A stretch of 64,000 bases of DNA, from the NCBI GenBank assembly GCA_043228905.1, contig JBHGNT010000008.1, positions 17,670,001-17,734,000 of the forward strand, written 5' to 3'. Both the position numbers and the translations under genes were made by a program. This document shows, in pieces, positions 60,024 to 64,000 of this stretch. The notes under the pieces are model-generated. The model saw only the letters and a program-made list of their open reading frames with translations. It made no database searches and was not told the DNA's origin. The stretch is from Azolla caroliniana. Its lineage: Eukaryota > Plantae > Polypodiophyta. The number at the start of each line of letters is the position of its first letter. Position 1 is the stretch's first letter.

Positions 60024-62996
60024 TCACCGTAGCCGAAATCTCACTTTCTCTCTTCTTGGCACGTACCGGAGGACGTGCGGTTTGGTGGGGGTGGATGTCG
60101 TGAAGATTTTCGGCAATAGTGTGAAAATCCCATAAAACGTACGAAATCGAGTATGAATCACATAATACAATAATTGTGAAGATAACATTTTAAATAAATT
60201 TAATATCGAAGTACAAAATGATGGAGGTTTTGAATGCACTTTATTACACGAGAAATAGACAACTAAATGTCAAGATATGAGGGTATAAAGTTTGTGAAAG
60301 GAAAAGAGAAAATTGTGAGATATCCCACATAGGCACGACAAATACGGCTCTCATCATATATAAGATAGAGCAAAAGATATTATCTTTGTGTCTATGTGTG
60401 GAGCATAGAGAGTTCAAGGTAACTTGAACTAAGAGTGGAGGTGGGCTATCTACTCGTAAAGGGTTTTGGCTAACCAAAACCGGACCGGCGATGGAGCCGG
60501 TGATCCGGCGCTAGTGAGACACCGGCATCCGACGACAATCTGGCGGCAATCCGGCGACGACATCCGGCGTCAGTGAGACGACGGCATCCGGCGAGGCACC
60601 GGTAACCGACGGCATCCCACGAACCGACGTCCGGTGACTAGATAAATAAATATATAAATATATATATTTACAAGGAGGGCAAGTAAGGATTCAAACCTTG
60701 CACCTCCGAGTTAGGAGTCAATTGGCTTACCATTAAGCCATACCATTTAGTTGAATTTATATTTCTATCATTGTACTTTTACATGTAAATTCTCATACAT
60801 GAGAGCTAAAAATGAGTGACATGGTTATCGTGCACCACATGCAATATATAAGCGCCAAATGGCAAACATGCATTTTATGCATGTCTTGTACCCTCACATG
60901 CACCATATGCATGAGAACATCTATAAAAGAAGGAGGGGGGAGAAGAAAAAACACGTTTTTTTGGGTTATGAAATTAAGAAGAAGAAATTCGTTATCAAAT
61001 TGATCGTGTAACTTGTTTCTTAAATCCAAAGATAAAAGTTCAATCAATCTCTCTCAATCGTTAGATCTCAACTTCTCTCTTTCCCAATCTATCTTAAGTA
61101 CTTTCTCGCTAAAGCTTGCGCCAAAGCTTGTATCGACTTTGAACCCTTCCGGTCTAGAACCCCGACGGTTCCGACTCACGATCCGCGCGTAGTGACGGAT
61201 CTTCACGACAACGCTTCAACAAACTACAAAATTCTTTGAGATGGAACCTCAACTATATCTCCCATCTCTTTGACCCTCAAATGAAACAAACGATTAAACT
61301 CAAAGTGCAATCTCTCCTATCTTGGCCAACATAATAACCAAGAAAACACAAGTCTTTTTGCACAGAATTACAATGCTCTCTACTAGATGATTGTTTCCAT
61401 ACACATAACAAGAGTGATTCTTGCCATGAGATATAACCAAGTGTTGAACACATGAAGAGACTAGAATCCTAAGTGTACATCCATTCAAAAATTGCCACCA
61501 TGAAACCTTAATTGTTGGCCTCCCATGTGTTAAGCCCTTGTTCTCAATGAAATATTGAACAATAGATATCCGTGGTTGTGAGTTTGAATATATTTCTTGC
61601 AATAATGAAAATCTATGAGCCATCATATGGATAGATAAGTCCAATATTCCAGCTCCCCCCTAAGCACTTAGGGGTTGCTAGATGATTCCACGGAACCCAT
61701 GTGATTCCCATCTTATCCCTCTTCTTCCACAACAAATATCGAAGAGGTTGCAAAACATAATGCAAAGCCTTCTTTGTCCATGGCAACAATGACAAGTAAT
61801 ATAATAGCATGGGTTCCATAATACATTGTACAACCTTCAAGCATACATGAAATGGCCAAGATTGTGACTTCCAATACATAAACTTATCCCTTAACTTACT
61901 AGACATCCACTCAATCAATTGACCATTTGTAACATTCATTCCCAATGGATACCCAAAGTGTTGAAAAATAGAGCCTTTCTTCACCATGAATCCTTCCCAT
62001 CCTAAACATTCCAGATCCCTTTTAGTGCATGATATGAGACTAGACTTCCTCCAATTAATATGTAATCCGAAAACCAATGCAAATTGGTTCCATACAAGCA
62101 TCTTCTTCTCAAGATTGTCTCGTGAAGCTTGTAGAAACATGAAAGAATCATCGGCCAAAGCTTGTGCTTAATTTAATAGTTGCCCTCTAGATGGAAGGTG
62201 TTGACCCATGATGTTACCATTTGTTGCAAGCCTTGATAGCATCACTAACAACGGATGAGTAGCAATAGCAAACAACAATGGGCTAAGTGGGCATCCTTGA
62301 TAAATAGATATTGTCAAGGCAATATTTGATGTAACTCCCCCATTAAGCATTACTCCTCTCTCTCTCTCTTAAAATACATTAGTGTATCTCTCTCTATCAA
62401 TTGAAAAATATATAAATGACTTAACCAACATAACCAATTTGAGGCAATTAATTAGGGCTCAAAACAAACCAAACCGAGCTCACATTAGTTAAGAAAACTC
62501 AAGCCCAAACCAAACTAAACTAAACCGCCAAACCTGTTAACAACATTTCAATGGTTTGGTTCAAGCTTGAGATAAACTATTGTCGACTCCAAGCATGGAT
62601 CTTGGAGGGCATGAATTTGCTCAAGCAATGGAGGATATTGGTGCATGTGAAACACTACTAAATTGTATTGATTGTGATAGTAATAGATTACACTTGACAA
62701 CATATTATGCTAGTAATGTTACTTGAGATGAAATCATTAACATAAATTGGATGATCATAATTTTGGAAATCCATATTCAAAGTTATTAGCATCTATTTTA
62801 ACCAATTATTCCTTTGAAACAACCACATGCCCATAGATTGACACATGCATGATATTCGTGATATTTTCCATGCGTGATACGCAATATTCGAGATAAGAAA
62901 AGTCCCCGAGGATATTTTAAAACCATTTGTTTTGCAAAATAAATAAAGAAGGAAAGAATTAAGTCACAAAAGAAAAGAACAATCACTCATTAATGG

Positions 62997-63431
62997 ATTA
63001 TAAAAATATGATTAGTGTGTAGTCTCCTTTTGATTGTCAAATAAAAAAGCGGGGAGTTTATGGACTTTATTTTATTTTATTGATTTATTATTATTTTTAA
63101 AACGAATATTTTTACATCTATTATAGAAATATGATTAGTGTCAAGTCCCCTTTTTAATATGAGATAAAAATATCCACAAAATTTGGGAGAGTAAAAAGTG
63201 GGGAATTGATGAACCTTTATTTTTATTTTTCTATAAAAAATAAAATGAATACTTTTTTAGATCTATTATAAAACTATTATTAGTGTCACGTTCCCTTTTT
63301 ATTGTGAAGTAAAAATATCCCCTTTTTAGTTTTAGGAGGGAGTTTATGAGCTCTTTTTTATTTTATTTTTAAGTAATACTTTTTTATGCATTCGTGGTAG
63401 AGGCCCCACGAATGCGAATATGTCAATCTAT
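62997..63431 (+). repeat. AT-rich tandem repeat (about 3 units of 120-145 bp), possibly Helitron-derived
   Basis: Units begin (tcta)ttata.aa.tat.attagtgt; terminal hairpin ttcgtgg..ccacgaa followed by CTAT. Confidence 0.4.
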
Positions 63432-63439
63432 GCACATGC

Positions 63440-63843
63440 TAGCAATGGGCGCAGTTCGGTTCGATTTCTTGGCCTTGAAACCAAACCATTTATTTATATT
63501 AAAAACCAAACCAAACTGTTTAAATTTTATGAAGCCATTTAAACTGAACCGTTTAGAGCTGAACTGTTTAAATGAAACCGTTTATGAAAAATTTAGAACC
63601 AAACCAAATCGGTTTATCATAAATCAAAACCAAACCAAACCAAACTTATAAACTAATAAACCTATAAACCTTTAAACCAAACCACATAAGCCGAAACCGC
63701 TAAACGATAAGTCACTAAACCGCTAAACCATGAAATTCAAAACCAAACCGAACCGAAACCAAACCGGATCATAATATTTGAAACCAAACCAAATGGCTTA
63801 TTTATCTTTGAACCAATAAGCCGTTAAACCGTGCCTATTGCTA
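63440..63843. mobile_element. hAT-superfamily MITE
   Basis: TIR TAGCAATRGGCRC; 8-bp TSD GCACATGC/GCAAATGC; AAACC(G/A) subterminal repeats. Confidence 0.85.
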
Positions 63844-64000
63844 GCAAATGCCTATGGAAGTGAGCTAGTTCTCAAGCTCATTGCAAATACAATTCATCTA
63901 CTTTAATCATATTAACTACTTATTTCTACATATGTATCTAATAGCTTTTGTTAAATCTAAACTAGACATGTGCTCATAACTTTGAATTTGGACTCCCAAA

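Larger units (their letters stand above)
52910..61210 (+). mobile_element. Full-length Ty3/gypsy element of a fungal-like non-chromovirus lineage
   Basis: LTRs 52910-54281 and 60096-61210 with 12-bp TIR TGTCGTGAAGAT. Flanks tCGCTT/aCGCTT. PBS 54290-54307. PPT-like GGTGGGGGTGGA. Gag 54343-55660, PR 55779-56543, RT/RH 56604-58631, IN 58716-60023, with several stops and frameshifts. Confidence 0.95.
51532..62352 (-). mobile_element. L1/Tx1-like LINE-B (RT C-term + zf-RVT), split by a MITE and a gypsy element
   Basis: QGCPLSPLLFAI (62168-62350), ADD (61613-62158), KVFIWR..CFFC..HRFIQC (52369-52644); CT tracts at 51496-51531 and 62353-62369. Confidence 0.8.

Overview
Nuclear DNA of a land plant, most likely a non-seed plant such as a fern (inferred from the Tcn1-type chromovirus, a fungal-like Ty3/gypsy element and L2/RTEX-like LINEs). 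There is one host gene: a 20-exon plastid-type bifunctional imidazole glycerol phosphate synthase HisHF (HISN4) on the minus strand, 34735 to 12106, about 596 aa, with introns inflated by transposons. The gene is wrapped in its own inverted repeat. Arm A (8938-12280) is the reverse complement of arm B (27782-33488). As a result, intron 10 holds an antisense copy of the last exon and 3' UTR, and the region beyond the 3' end holds a decayed antisense copy of exons 6-10. The rest of the window is nested transposons: gypsy, copia, a chromovirus, L1/Tx1-like and L2/RTEX-like LINEs, solo LTRs and hAT MITEs. Two distinct gypsy lineages carry a tRNA-like (Pol III A-box/B-box) module antisense inside their LTRs. 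All coordinates were read by eye and no database search was run.
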